Positions 18,801-27,991 of a DNA stretch of 64,000 bases are shown here, piece after piece. The DNA comes from an uncultured virus (IMG/VR IMGVR_UViG_3300022868_000018) (taxonomy: Duplodnaviria > Heunggongvirae > Uroviricota > Caudoviricetes), in IMG/VR virus record IMGVR_UViG_3300022868_000018. The stretch is one strand, 5' to 3'. The notes beneath the pieces were generated by a model, which made no database searches, was not told the origin of the DNA, and saw nothing but the letters and a program-made list of their open reading frames with translations. The stretch's first letter is position 1, and every line of letters begins with the position of its first letter. A program made the translations under genes and the position numbers.

Positions 18801-20237
18801 AAGGGGAGCCTCAGTCGAGTCCTGAAACTCGCCGGTGCTGATCCAGTCCGTCTCGGCCATGTCCGGCCAGCCACTCTCCCACGGAACCTTAAGCATCCCG
18901 CCAGGACGCAACTGACTACCACAATACGGGCAGGCGGCGTCCAGGGGATTCCACATGGGATCGTACTTCAGGTCTACCGCGTTCCAGAGAGGCCCCGCCC
19001 AAGCAGGATATGTGCCTGGCGGCGCTGCACAGGTAGCGTCACCCGCTACCCACAACGGCCCTTGTTGGTAGCGCCACACCGGGCAGACAGCGTAGCCATT
19101 CCAGAGCCAGTGGAGCACGTCGCCATAGAGGTCGTCGTCGGGGGCAGTGCCGCCCCAACCGCAGAGGCCGGTTTCGCGGAGGTCGAGAATGTGGGGAACA
19201 GAGTCCAATCCTACATTGCTAGTATCAGAAACACTTAGCCCGTCCACATCTGCCCAAAACTCCAGAGCGTTGCCATTGCCAATAATGGCATGTGGCCCAC
19301 CCTTGTTCAGCGGTGTATGATACTGCTCGATGGCGGTGAAGTCCCAGGGAGCTTCGCTTGAGTTGACAGTTACCTCGGCCCATTTTCTCCGCCCAGCATA
19401 CAAAGCGGCGTCGCCGTACAACCCTGGATTACATACATGTCCCACGCCAAAAATCGCGTCAGGTAGCGGTATCAATGTCAACCAATCACCACCTGGCTCA
19501 AAGAATGGGTCGCCCCCAGATGCAATATACTGTTGTGCCGCCCAAGCAGCATCAATCGTAAGCGAAACCGGACCAAATGTTATCTCACACGATGGTGGGT
19601 CAAGAACTTCCCAGCTATCGCCAAACCGTGACTCGATGGCATGTGTTGGTCCTACAGTTGAGCCACGCCAAGGTTCAACTGTGCGAGTGCGATTTATCCG
19701 GGATGACGATGACTTGATTGAGTATTCCCAGTCTATGCTTTGTGCATCCAACTCAGTCGTGCTCATATAGCCGCTATACCATGCCACATCCGATGGATAC
19801 CGTACAGCCGTTAAATGGATACTAGCTATCATTTGAACATCGTGTGCTGTGGTGAATGGAAAGGGCCAAACCAAAGCGAAAACCAATTCTATTGGCCCAT
19901 AAAAAATTCCATATGATTCCTCCATTTCCCAAGAAGCCAGCCGCTTATGCAGACCAGGAATGGTGTCCCTGAAATGCCCATTGACTTCCAGCGCGGTTGC
20001 ATTCGTGATATCTGTCTTCGCCACCGGCATACACTCCTTGGGTACCACAAAACTACACGACATCGGCTCCGGCCTGCTATCCCACTCGGCCCCGAACACT
20101 GGCCCCCTGCCCCGCACCGCACACTCCTGGTCTACTGTCTGCCGAATCTCCGGCCCCAGTGCCCACCAGGCCATCACCCCGCAGACTGCCAGCGTCACTG
20201 CTAACCCGATCGCTGCCCACCGCAACTGCTCTTTCAT
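15822..20237 (-). CDS. 1471-aa tail-associated protein with N-terminal hydrophobic helix, Asp-box repeats and an inserted CHAP-like domain
   Basis: SSDSGQTW and STDTGQTW Asp-boxes; GECDQF...YHAAIL...VADTNH CHAP-like catalytic motifs. Confidence 0.7.
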   Translation of the reverse strand: MKEQLRWAAIGLAVTLAVCGVMAWWALGPEIRQTVDQECAVRGRGPVFGAEWDSRPEPMSCSFVVPKECMPVAKTDITNATALEVNGHFRDTIPGLHKRLASWEMEESYGIFYGPIELVFALVWPFPFTTAHDVQMIASIHLTAVRYPSDVAWYSGYMSTTELDAQSIDWEYSIKSSSSRINRTRTVEPWRGSTVGPTHAIESRFGDSWEVLDPPSCEITFGPVSLTIDAAWAAQQYIASGGDPFFEPGGDWLTLIPLPDAIFGVGHVCNPGLYGDAALYAGRRKWAEVTVNSSEAPWDFTAIEQYHTPLNKGGPHAIIGNGNALEFWADVDGLSVSDTSNVGLDSVPHILDLRETGLCGWGGTAPDDDLYGDVLHWLWNGYAVCPVWRYQQGPLWVAGDATCAAPPGTYPAWAGPLWNAVDLKYDPMWNPLDAACPYCGSQLRPGGMLKVPWESGWPDMAETDWISTGEFQDSTEAPLTQAQLHSIFDPYAQRLTPYAVWDKKAEYAANDYDLLSGGKVLLVDRVSGRTNLLPDTITAPGGVPVIPIHVGGCNSTDCSSSPYFDLTTTFDAVDVDMSGTTGTRVSAWTSTDFAVTNGAVGTAVPATFTVPAAGGTLTRGPLIDPYWERNAAMIAATAGGAFSESYIYHQNNTAVSGGWPAGWSDEDCMGGGHAGVDVTWWATHRYATLVATPTAGWDGVTLPQLKLTYSTEAVEDNLYDSWPAKDVEVTVASAGLTLTITGKRNGDTVYYDLVYPGYARLEHVTQVEVIFAADATGAWTLNGFRLDPSDAAPGSAAELSTTTMHQCHHSYDWGGIRGVIDGRCTLALRATDSGAALYQPRHVWKKGLEELIPDVNEVYTVDPIAGILDVSVAYSLEKYARLMDAVGEGWNMATPANWNSIYKDGDGTVLSIGYATDVVENQDYGGVQCGFSGWMWSGVAGLCYTPHGVLCAQGGMHGLSNATSACCGIIFRKAPAAVAWDEYHDDIGADEHGYWSSGADVVHHYDVNDAIEYMYRVNYPPRNTDFERVWERQWVWAWLHIPALGGNLALTQHFSGAILVTDVGLSDPNTIGEHKIQRGVGWSQRFAVPDSEDALWANILTTNSRMELVEGQPNVQTRKMFSLDGDWQTAELIEAGYTAPYGIEVGGRFYICAYKDEKQYLLRSSRAEGHASISSPIVIADEDVDADVAACIAGDSSTRLLAAAVQRDGHGDVYCSSDSGQTWEGIRRFGLLTYPYIFADAGMLWVTGYSDNPIGAASGRAWSMRCSMRNARTVPLDGHIWAPVGVYAEGRIDTYEGVDCSGECDQFTQRFWEEKFDVRFVDDWWQKSFAEMVSDMPEGSTYAQYHQGDLLLSGDILIFYAYENFYHAAILDHVDGNDVYVADTNHDWDSLGYYSKYLVSNIVGVWRLMKTVGAADEGRSAIIRNATTRELTVVVPKTTDWGLGEAAPAIVEYTSTDTGQTWTQKAFHGLT

Positions 20238-20239
20238 CT

Positions 20240-20509
20240 CCCACGCCCCCTGCGGGTACGCAAAGACCCCGAGTGGTGCGGTTCCCGTCGCCTGCTATGA
20301 CGCGGTCGCGCTTACTCGGGGCCTATCCGGTATCATCTTTGCTTGTCACGTCATAGCAGGTATCCGGATTGTACCCGTTCAGGGCGTCGTTGTAAACCCT
20401 CACCTCCGCTGAGACTGCATTGCTCTACGCCAGAGGGGCACCTGTAGCCCGCAGGAGCCGCTTCGAGAGCGAAGTAGGGCCACAGCCCCACTCTACATCT
20501 GCGGACGCC
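20240..20509 (-). ncRNA. Candidate highly structured, pseudoknotted RNA
   Basis: Five complementary segment pairs (6-12 bp) within 20253-20377 plus further hairpins; largest ORF-free gap in the tail operon. Confidence 0.55.
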
Positions 20510-23500
20510 CTATGCTGGCGAGTAGCCTGGGGCGCGTGTCCGGTACGCATCAGCCTCGGCCTGCTTCTGCTTGTCGTAGTACGCCTGCCACTGGCTATTC
20601 ACTTCATCCCAATCCGGCCCGTTGAAGTTGATGTTGAAAGTGCCCGCCGCAGGTGCCAAGGAAGGACCGCCATCGCCATACGGAAAGTGCGGATTGCTTC
20701 TCCCACCGGGGCCTCCGCCAGGACTCGCGCCGCCACCGCCTGCACCCTCCTGCTTCTTCAGCGCATCGTCAATACTTGCGCCCGTCTGATCCCAGATGTC
20801 CTTGAAGTCCCCGACGGCATCGCGCGCGCCATTGAGGCCCGCCTTCAACGCGGCTGGCCCCTTGCCCAACGTCTTCATCGCATCCCATGTGTCGCCCAAG
20901 TCGCTCTTCATCCGCGAATTGAAATCAGACCACTTATCCATCCACGCAGTCGGTACGTCGGGTATCAAACCAAGTGCATCCAAGGCTTTGACAATCCAGA
21001 AAAGGGCAGTTGACAAGGCCAGCACCGCAGCTTCCAGTAATCCGAAAATGCCGAGCAGTACTATCAGCGGCCTTGTCAGTCGGCCCAATATCGGCGCGAG
21101 GACAGCCGCCAGGTTCAACAACCGCTCCAACGTATCCAGGAACCCGCTCACGATGTCAATGATGCTCCCGATAATCACATAGAAGTTGTCATCCAGCCAC
21201 TTCAGTATCCCCACGATCCCCGTCCCGAACTTGTCCCAGTCCTGCCCCGCGACCTTCAGCAGCATCCCAATGACCCACATCGCCTTCTTCACGATGCTGA
21301 CCACAAACGGCAGCGCCTGCATCGCCGTCTCCGCCAGCTTGAGCACGAGGCCGATGAACTCCTGAAACGCGCCGATGCCCTGCTGCTTGATGATGGCCGC
21401 TATCTGCCCCAATGCAGTCACGACCATTGGCAGCACCGTCGCCGCCAGTTGCCCCAGTATCGGTAGCAACCGCTGGATGATGCCCGGGAATTGCGGCAGC
21501 AAGCTCATCGCCACATCCACCAGATACGGCCCCCACTTCATAAATACCCCCACCAGCTTCTCAAAGAGTGGTATCACCGACGGCAGGAACCCCAGCAGCT
21601 TCAGCCCCGTCGCCAGCAGGAAGCCAAACCACGCCACCAACTGGTCCCCGTTCTTGGCAAGGAAGCTCGTCAGTATCCCGCCGAACTTGGTGAACATGCT
21701 GATCAGCAGCGGTATCACTTTCATGGCAAAGTCAAGTAGCAGCGGCCCCACTGTAGTGGCGAACCTCACCAGCATCGGGAGTAGTTGGCCGATGACCTGG
21801 GACATCACCATAGGCAGTTGCTCGATGGCGCTGATCACCGTCGGCATCAGCTTCGTGACGGCAGTGGCTATCTGGGTGATGGCCTCGGGAAGAAGCTTGA
21901 CGATTCCTTGAAGGGCATCCAGCAAGCGCGGACCAAGCGCAACTATCAACTTGTCTACGATGGCGGGAAGGCCCAGCAATGCTTCGCCGAACTTCTCGAA
22001 GAACTCTACACCACGCGCCGATTTCACGAGTTCATCAAGGCGCAAAACAACAACGCCAAGCGCGGGTGCCAGCTTGTTCCCCAACAGATCGTAGTACACT
22101 TCCTCCCAGATGGACTTCAACCGCCGCCAGGCACCATCAAGGGTGCGCAACTGTTCTACCTGCACTCGGACCGCAATGCCTGTTGCACTAACGGCATCGC
22201 CAACACCGGCTGCATCTTTACCCATCGTGCGCCACGCAGAACCAAGGCCACCAGCAGCCTTATTGGCTCCGGTAAGCATGTCAACGGCTTGCTGCGTAAT
22301 CGCAGTGAAGTCGGTCATACCATCATTGGTACTGGTTACCTGCTTAGACATCTTTTCGAGGCTATCAACGCCCTCCATCAACAACCCCGCAAGACCACGA
22401 CCTGCACGCATAGTCTCTGCTGACATAAGGGTTTGCGCGAGGTAGCCCATGCCTTCATCGTCGCCAAAAGCTGCTGTCAGCCTCCCGCCAAGGCCCTCCA
22501 ATTCCTTCAACGCGGGTATCATTCCCTTGGTGATGATGTTGTTGGCGAGCCTATCCACATCAACGCCGAGCTTGCCGAAAACCTCGCGAGCCTTATCGGT
22601 CGGCGCGATCAAAGACTTCAGCACGTTCTGAAGTTCCATGCCTGCGCGGGAACCCTCACGCCCCTGTCTTTCCAGCCCCATAATCATCGCAAGGGTATCT
22701 TCGAGGGAAATGCCGAGCATAGACGCGCTCGAACCTGCATACTTTAGAGCGTCCCCGATGTCCTTGATCAAGCCGGGGGCACCAAAAGTGGCAGCAACCA
22801 GCGTGTCGGTAACGCGGGCTGCTTGATCTGCGCCGATGGCATATTGGTTCATCGTAGCGTTGAGGGTCTTGGTGGTCAAGTGCATATTCTCAAGCGTAGC
22901 TTCGGCAAGCGCTACCGCAGGCGCAAGCATATTGAAGGCTTCTGCGACAGTCCGACCTGCACGCACCATCTGCCCAAACGCCTCAGCCGCCTCCCAGGCC
23001 ATCGTGCCTACTGTCGTAGTGACATCTTTAGCGGCCTGCATTACACGCTTCCGCATGTCATCGGCTGCATCACCAAAGAGGCCTGTTGCAGCTACGGCAT
23101 TAGCGATAGCCTGCTCAAACTTGGAAAACATGCCGACTGAAGTCTTGAGGAAACTAACAATATGCTGTGCCACGGTCTTCCCAACATCCACGACCGCCTG
23201 AGAGAACCGCTTCAACGCCTCCACGCTCATCTGAATCGCAGTCTTGGCGAGGTCGATGAACGCAGTGGCCGCCTTCTTCGCGCCCTCGTACAACTGCTGC
23301 AGCGCCCACAGCCCCGCCTTACCCAACTGCTTCAGGATGAACAGCGCCAGCTTCGGCTGCACATACAGCACTGCAAACTTCGCCGCCACCGCCCCAATCG
23401 CGACAGCCAACAGCGGAAAATTCTTGGCAGCATTCGCGAGCAAAGGCCCCAACTGTGTGAAAAATGCAAGGATACGCGCCGTTACCGCCGTCCCAAATGT

Positions 23501-23677
23501 CCTCTGGAACGCATCCTGCCAGTTGCTGCCACCGCCACCGGTTCCACCACCGCCCGGACCACCACCACCGCCGCCACCTTCCGGGTCCAGCGTCACCGGA
23601 ATGGTGATGTCACCGTCCCCCAGGTCGATGTTGCCGGCCTGGATGTCAACTGTTACCGTAGTGCGGCGCTCGGGCAT
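20510..23677 (-). CDS. Tail tape measure protein (TP901-like)
   Basis: 1055 aa, Ala/Leu-rich; FEQAIANA, ALKYAGSSASMLGISLEDT, GSRAGMEL core. Confidence 0.92.
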   Translation of the reverse strand: MPERRTTVTVDIQAGNIDLGDGDITIPVTLDPEGGGGGGGPGGGGTGGGGSNWQDAFQRTFGTAVTARILAFFTQLGPLLANAAKNFPLLAVAIGAVAAKFAVLYVQPKLALFILKQLGKAGLWALQQLYEGAKKAATAFIDLAKTAIQMSVEALKRFSQAVVDVGKTVAQHIVSFLKTSVGMFSKFEQAIANAVAATGLFGDAADDMRKRVMQAAKDVTTTVGTMAWEAAEAFGQMVRAGRTVAEAFNMLAPAVALAEATLENMHLTTKTLNATMNQYAIGADQAARVTDTLVAATFGAPGLIKDIGDALKYAGSSASMLGISLEDTLAMIMGLERQGREGSRAGMELQNVLKSLIAPTDKAREVFGKLGVDVDRLANNIITKGMIPALKELEGLGGRLTAAFGDDEGMGYLAQTLMSAETMRAGRGLAGLLMEGVDSLEKMSKQVTSTNDGMTDFTAITQQAVDMLTGANKAAGGLGSAWRTMGKDAAGVGDAVSATGIAVRVQVEQLRTLDGAWRRLKSIWEEVYYDLLGNKLAPALGVVVLRLDELVKSARGVEFFEKFGEALLGLPAIVDKLIVALGPRLLDALQGIVKLLPEAITQIATAVTKLMPTVISAIEQLPMVMSQVIGQLLPMLVRFATTVGPLLLDFAMKVIPLLISMFTKFGGILTSFLAKNGDQLVAWFGFLLATGLKLLGFLPSVIPLFEKLVGVFMKWGPYLVDVAMSLLPQFPGIIQRLLPILGQLAATVLPMVVTALGQIAAIIKQQGIGAFQEFIGLVLKLAETAMQALPFVVSIVKKAMWVIGMLLKVAGQDWDKFGTGIVGILKWLDDNFYVIIGSIIDIVSGFLDTLERLLNLAAVLAPILGRLTRPLIVLLGIFGLLEAAVLALSTALFWIVKALDALGLIPDVPTAWMDKWSDFNSRMKSDLGDTWDAMKTLGKGPAALKAGLNGARDAVGDFKDIWDQTGASIDDALKKQEGAGGGGASPGGGPGGRSNPHFPYGDGGPSLAPAAGTFNINFNGPDWDEVNSQWQAYYDKQKQAEADAYRTRAPGYSPA

Positions 23678-24141
23678 CAGACATCCAGCTCACTTTCGCT
23701 ATTGCTGTTCCCTTTGTCCCCATACATCCGACGGTTGATCGCGTTGATGAAGACATTCCACAGGTCCAGGTGGTGCGGGTTCTGCTCTGCCAGCGGCTTC
23801 CCATCAGGGAAATCCAGCATCATCACCATCCATGTCGCCTGCTTCCAGGACTTGCGAATGTACATCGCGAAGGCCGCTTCGCGCGGCGTCTGGGCGGACT
23901 CCACCTTCTCCTCACGCTTATCATCTATCACCGCTGCGCTCTGCTGTACTCTCGCCAGGAACGCTTCGTGATTCGCCGCGTCTGGCTTGGTACTGCTAAT
24001 GGTCATCGTTTCGCGCTTCGGCTTCTCGGCGACAGCTTCCGCTGCCGCATCAGCGTCCGCAGTTGCAACTACTCCGTACCAGGAGTCAAAGTCACCCGTG
24101 CTTACGAAGTTTTCAGCAACTGCGGTTGCTCTAAAAGCAAG
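23677..24141 (-). CDS. Tail assembly chaperone, -1 frame extension (gpT-like)
   Basis: Open -1 frame overlaps the end of 24102-24686 and ends at the tape measure start. Confidence 0.65.
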   Translation of the reverse strand, partial: LAFRATAVAENFVSTGDFDSWYGVVATADADAAAEAVAEKPKRETMTISSTKPDAANHEAFLARVQQSAAVIDDKREEKVESAQTPREAAFAMYIRKSWKQATWMVMMLDFPDGKPLAEQNPHHLDLWNVFINAINRRMYGDKGNSNSESELDV

Positions 24142-24686
24142 TCATCGAAGTCTTGCTGGCCATCCGTGCCACGACCGGCGAGATAATCGAGGAAGCCCTC
24201 CACCCGGTCTGTCAGGTCGGGGTTCCCCAGTATCTGCGTGTAGAACGCCCGATTGTCCCGGTCGGCAACGCTGCTACCCTTGTCATACGTGCGGAAGCCT
24301 TCGGTGCCGTTGGCTTCCTTTACCGGAATCCGAAAGTCAACTATCTGCGCCATGCACTTGGCGACAAACGCCTTGTTCGGGTTCACCGTGGCGGTGCCGC
24401 TCATCGTCTGCGCATTGTCGCGCTTCGCCCCCTTGCGCTGTCTGCGCGTCTTCCCTTGCGACTGGTCGAAGTGGTATTGCATCGAGGCATTGAGGATGTC
24501 ATCCTCGTCCAGCGCCGTGCCCTGTGCCCGAATGAATACCTGCGGGTTATAGTCCTCCTCCGGGAATAGCAGCGTCTGCTCCTGCTGCGCCATAGCTACG
24601 ACCATGCTGCTCGACACCTCAGTACGCACGTCCTCATCAGCCGTCTGCTCCTCATCACTGCTCTTCACGGCATCCTTCTCAGGCAT
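24102..24686 (-). CDS. Tail assembly chaperone (gpG-like)
   Basis: Between tail tube and tape measure; AAGGAGG before ATG at 24686. Confidence 0.65.
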   Translation of the reverse strand: MPEKDAVKSSDEEQTADEDVRTEVSSSMVVAMAQQEQTLLFPEEDYNPQVFIRAQGTALDEDDILNASMQYHFDQSQGKTRRQRKGAKRDNAQTMSGTATVNPNKAFVAKCMAQIVDFRIPVKEANGTEGFRTYDKGSSVADRDNRAFYTQILGNPDLTDRVEGFLDYLAGRGTDGQQDFDDLLLEQPQLLKTS

Positions 24687-25068
24687 CTTTTGCGGCCTCC
24701 TTGGCGGTCTCTTTTTGAACTGCATCGATCATACGTCGTACACCCTGAAACGCCCGCTCGTACCCGCCCAACGTCGGCAACTCGGCAAACGCGGCCTCAG
24801 GATCGTCACTGCCAGCAATTACCATCACCTGCTCCAGATTCGTCGCGAACCGCAGGTCATAGCTCTGTCCGCACAGGTGCACTATCCGGTCAAACTCCGC
24901 CTTCCGGTGTCGCCCTACTATATGCGAAAAGACGACGCGGCTGGTGTTCTTCACCAACTGCGCCGCCACTATTTCGAATCCGCACATACCAAGTATCGCT
25001 GCGGTTTTCATGTCCCGGATTTGTTCTATTGTTATCGTTCGGTCCTCAGTACCCTCAACAGCCATCAT
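24679..25068 (-). CDS. Hypothetical protein (DUF5659-like N-terminus)
   Basis: RDMKTAAILGMCGFEI...RVVF pattern; AGGAGG SD. Confidence 0.55.
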   Translation of the reverse strand: MMAVEGTEDRTITIEQIRDMKTAAILGMCGFEIVAAQLVKNTSRVVFSHIVGRHRKAEFDRIVHLCGQSYDLRFATNLEQVMVIAGSDDPEAAFAELPTLGGYERAFQGVRRMIDAVQKETAKEAAKDA

Positions 25069-25101
25069 GCACGCCTCCTTAGAAACTTAACGCCCCCTTC
25101 T

Positions 25102-26043
25102 CTACACAGCGACTTCTTGGATTTCGCAGGCCTCCTGTGTCCCGTCCAGAGACTCCAACGCCTGGAAGCTTACGCTCCCCCGTAGGATACCACTGTCCGG
25201 CGCGTTCAGCGGATTCTCCGTATAGACGATACGCTCCATATTGAAGGCGCACGCTGCTATACCAGCCCGCGTCATGGTCAGCTTGTACGCGCACTCCTCA
25301 CCGCCCATGAACGCATCATAGAGGTCGCTGTTGGCGGAGATGCGGTCGAAGCTACCCGTCCACTGTGCCTTTGCTGCCGCGGGCAGGTCGTATGGATAGG
25401 TCGTGCCGTTGATGGTCCCCATATCACCGGGGGCCTCGTTCATGTTGCTGAACTCAAGGGAATGGTTCCGCGTGATGTTACTCGCGGCCAGGACTGCGCC
25501 GGGAATCCCGTAAGTGCCGCCCTCGGCAGTCTGCAGCCCCGCCTCACTGTAGCGATATGGCCGCACGGTGAACAATGACTCATCCCCGTCCACGGAAGCC
25601 GCCGTCGGCTCCTTGATACCCGCGATGTTCAGGTCAAGCGAGACATAGTTGCTGCCGTAATCCACAGCAACTGTCCCGCCCATGACCTTGCAGTTCAGGT
25701 ACGTCTCCTTCGTGTGGCCGAGGTCGCGAGTGATCGTCGCCCAGCGGCTCTCGTGGTAGTCGCCGGTGCGGCCCCATATCCAGGTGTTGAAGTCGCTCAC
25801 CGCGACATAGCCCGGAATGCAAGGAATCCGCAGCGTCCCCTCCATGTACTCGCCGCCGGTCTCGTAGTGCGTCAACCCGTAGTGACCGCCGCTGTACTGG
25901 AAGAACGTGTAATTCTTGTTGTTCGTCAGGTCCGTGCCCTCAGGCAGCGGCAGCTTGTACGCGGTGCCATCGTCTGTGTCCTTCACGCTTTGCAGCGCCA
26001 CGGTGACGTTACAATACTTGTGCGGAATGAATGCGTCCGCCAT
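25102..26043 (-). CDS. Major tail tube protein
   Basis: 313-aa beta-rich protein in the canonical position; no sheath gene found. Confidence 0.7.
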   Translation of the reverse strand: MADAFIPHKYCNVTVALQSVKDTDDGTAYKLPLPEGTDLTNNKNYTFFQYSGGHYGLTHYETGGEYMEGTLRIPCIPGYVAVSDFNTWIWGRTGDYHESRWATITRDLGHTKETYLNCKVMGGTVAVDYGSNYVSLDLNIAGIKEPTAASVDGDESLFTVRPYRYSEAGLQTAEGGTYGIPGAVLAASNITRNHSLEFSNMNEAPGDMGTINGTTYPYDLPAAAKAQWTGSFDRISANSDLYDAFMGGEECAYKLTMTRAGIAACAFNMERIVYTENPLNAPDSGILRGSVSFQALESLDGTQEACEIQEVAV

Positions 26044-26067
26044 GTGAAGCCCCTCCTGTCAAAATGC

Positions 26068-27276
26068 TCAGGCATTCAGTGTGGCATAGCCTGGGCGGTC
26101 TGGTATCGCCGTGATTTTCGCGATGTCTCCATTCGTGCCATTCGTCAGCACGACGCTGGCAACGCTCTTGATGACCCGCTGCACAAACGCCTGGTCGCTG
26201 TAGGTATGGTTCAGGTCATCATCCAACACGAGGCTCACGTTCGCGTTGACCGTCCCGATTGCCAGAATCTCCGCCCAGCCATACCCGTCGGCTGTCTTGA
26301 GCCGCATGAAGGCGTTCTGTGCCGTCGTGAACGTCCCCGCGCACGCCGCCGTCAACGTGATCGTCTTGCTCTCGTGGTTGATATTCTCGATGGTCGCCTC
26401 TTCATTGGCGGTGTCATCGTCGTGCAAATAGACTATATCGCCAGGTATGAACGGGAGCGTGTCCTCTGCGGTGAATGAGGCTGCCCCATCGCAGTCCGCA
26501 GTCATCGCCACCGGCCACGTGCGGTCTTGTATCAGCACGTGCTGCCCGGCTACCATCCCCGCCGTCGCACCCATCGGCACCGTGTCATTCCCACTCGTTA
26601 CCCCGTCACCGGTCACGTCGTTACTGGCAATCAGTATCTGCGCTTCGTCGGCGGTGCCGCTGGGTATCACTTCCGTCTCGGAACCCGTCGTATCATCCGA
26701 GTAGGTCGCGGTGTACGCCAGATTCAGGTCGGCGACACCAATCAGAGAGCCGGCCTCTACCACCAGCGGCGCGAAGCTCATATCCGTGTCGAGCACGGCG
26801 GTGTACACGTAAGTCGGCGCACCCGCCATTGTCGCCGTACACAGGATCACCTCCGCCACACAAGACAGATACGTGCTGCTCAGGCTCGTGCCCTGCGCCC
26901 GCAGCCAGGCGTCACTCAGGTTGAATGGGACGCGGTAGTGCCGGTCGGCGAACATCGCGCTCATGCTGGCGAATGACCCCTGCCCCGTGCCCGTGCCACT
27001 GATATACCATTTCTGGATACTGGACATCAGGCCGGCGAACTCGGTGAAGAAGGCGTTGTTGATCGCCGCCGACGAGGTATGCTTCAGCGCGCTCTGCATA
27101 TCCGTGAGCCGTGTCAGCGAGCCCTCTGCGGCAAGCGTGGTATCCGCCGACCGCATGATCTGCGTACTCCAGTCAGCGGTCGTGCTGAACTTGGCGCCAT
27201 CGTCAACGCACGCCTGCAACACCCCCGCCATGAGGTCCCAGCTATACATTGCGGTGTAGTCGTCAATCTGGGCCAT
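26068..27276 (-). CDS. Virion structural protein (neck/tail accessory)
   Basis: Acidic, Thr/Ala-rich, beta-rich domains; between terminator and tube genes. Confidence 0.6.
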   Translation of the reverse strand: MAQIDDYTAMYSWDLMAGVLQACVDDGAKFSTTADWSTQIMRSADTTLAAEGSLTRLTDMQSALKHTSSAAINNAFFTEFAGLMSSIQKWYISGTGTGQGSFASMSAMFADRHYRVPFNLSDAWLRAQGTSLSSTYLSCVAEVILCTATMAGAPTYVYTAVLDTDMSFAPLVVEAGSLIGVADLNLAYTATYSDDTTGSETEVIPSGTADEAQILIASNDVTGDGVTSGNDTVPMGATAGMVAGQHVLIQDRTWPVAMTADCDGAASFTAEDTLPFIPGDIVYLHDDDTANEEATIENINHESKTITLTAACAGTFTTAQNAFMRLKTADGYGWAEILAIGTVNANVSLVLDDDLNHTYSDQAFVQRVIKSVASVVLTNGTNGDIAKITAIPDRPGYATLNA

Positions 27277-27278
27277 CG

Positions 27279-27485
27279 TTACTCACCGTCTTTCTTCGCG
27301 GGTTCTGCGGCATTGGCTTCCTCGGCTGCCTTAGATGCTGCGGTCACCTTCGCGGCCTTGGCTACATTCGCCGCTTTCGCTGCCTTCGCTGCGATTGCAG
27401 CAGCACCCTCCGACGACCTTGCTGCTGGCTTCGATGTGTCCGCAGGATCGTTCAAGTATCGCAAATGTCCTGAGCGTTTAGCCAT
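27279..27485 (-). CDS. Small Ala/Lys-rich protein
   Basis: AAKAAKAANVAKAAK low-complexity segment; packed in operon. Confidence 0.55.
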   Translation of the reverse strand: MAKRSGHLRYLNDPADTSKPAARSSEGAAAIAAKAAKAANVAKAAKVTAASKAAEEANAAEPAKKDGE

Positions 27486-27497
27486 CTCACTTCACTC

Positions 27498-27989
27498 CTA
27501 TCCGGTTCCAATCAATGTTGCCGTGCCCTGCAGCGAGTAGGCGTTGACCGTGATGCGCACGATACCCGCCCGCATCATCGCCGAGTCACTGCCCCAGGGC
27601 ATAGACGGCTCATCACTCCGCACTTTCACACTCACCGCTATCCCCCCGAGGTCAAACTTGTCCTGAAAGAGGGCCTTGATAGCCCCCCGGTAGTCATTCA
27701 TATTCGTCAGCGTGTCGGCTTTCTTGCGTCCCTTGATATAGACCATCATGTCAAAGGCGTAATCCTCGGAGACCCATCCTGCAAGCGGCTCTCCCGCATC
27801 GTTCGTGCCCCGCATGGTCTCAAACTCAGTGGTGGAGCCGCTGTCGAAGATGAGCAGCGCAGGGCATTGCGGGCTACCGATCTCCTCCGGCGACGAGTAG
27901 AAGCGTGGCCGCTCCTCGTCGGAGTAATTCTTCCACTCCGTATCGAGGGTGTCCTTCAGCGCATCCGCTATGGTGTTGCTGACTGACAT
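27498..27989 (-). CDS. Tail terminator/completion protein
   Basis: Size, position and PALLI...DLGG pattern. Confidence 0.6.
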   Translation of the reverse strand: MSVSNTIADALKDTLDTEWKNYSDEERPRFYSSPEEIGSPQCPALLIFDSGSTTEFETMRGTNDAGEPLAGWVSEDYAFDMMVYIKGRKKADTLTNMNDYRGAIKALFQDKFDLGGIAVSVKVRSDEPSMPWGSDSAMMRAGIVRITVNAYSLQGTATLIGTG

Positions 27990-27991
27990 GA

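Noticed and set aside
20240..20509. tmRNA or tRNA (GGGGCTG start, short internal frame ending ...SKDDTG)
   Set aside because: No T-loop or CCA acceptor end, and the frame lacks an Ala-rich tag ending
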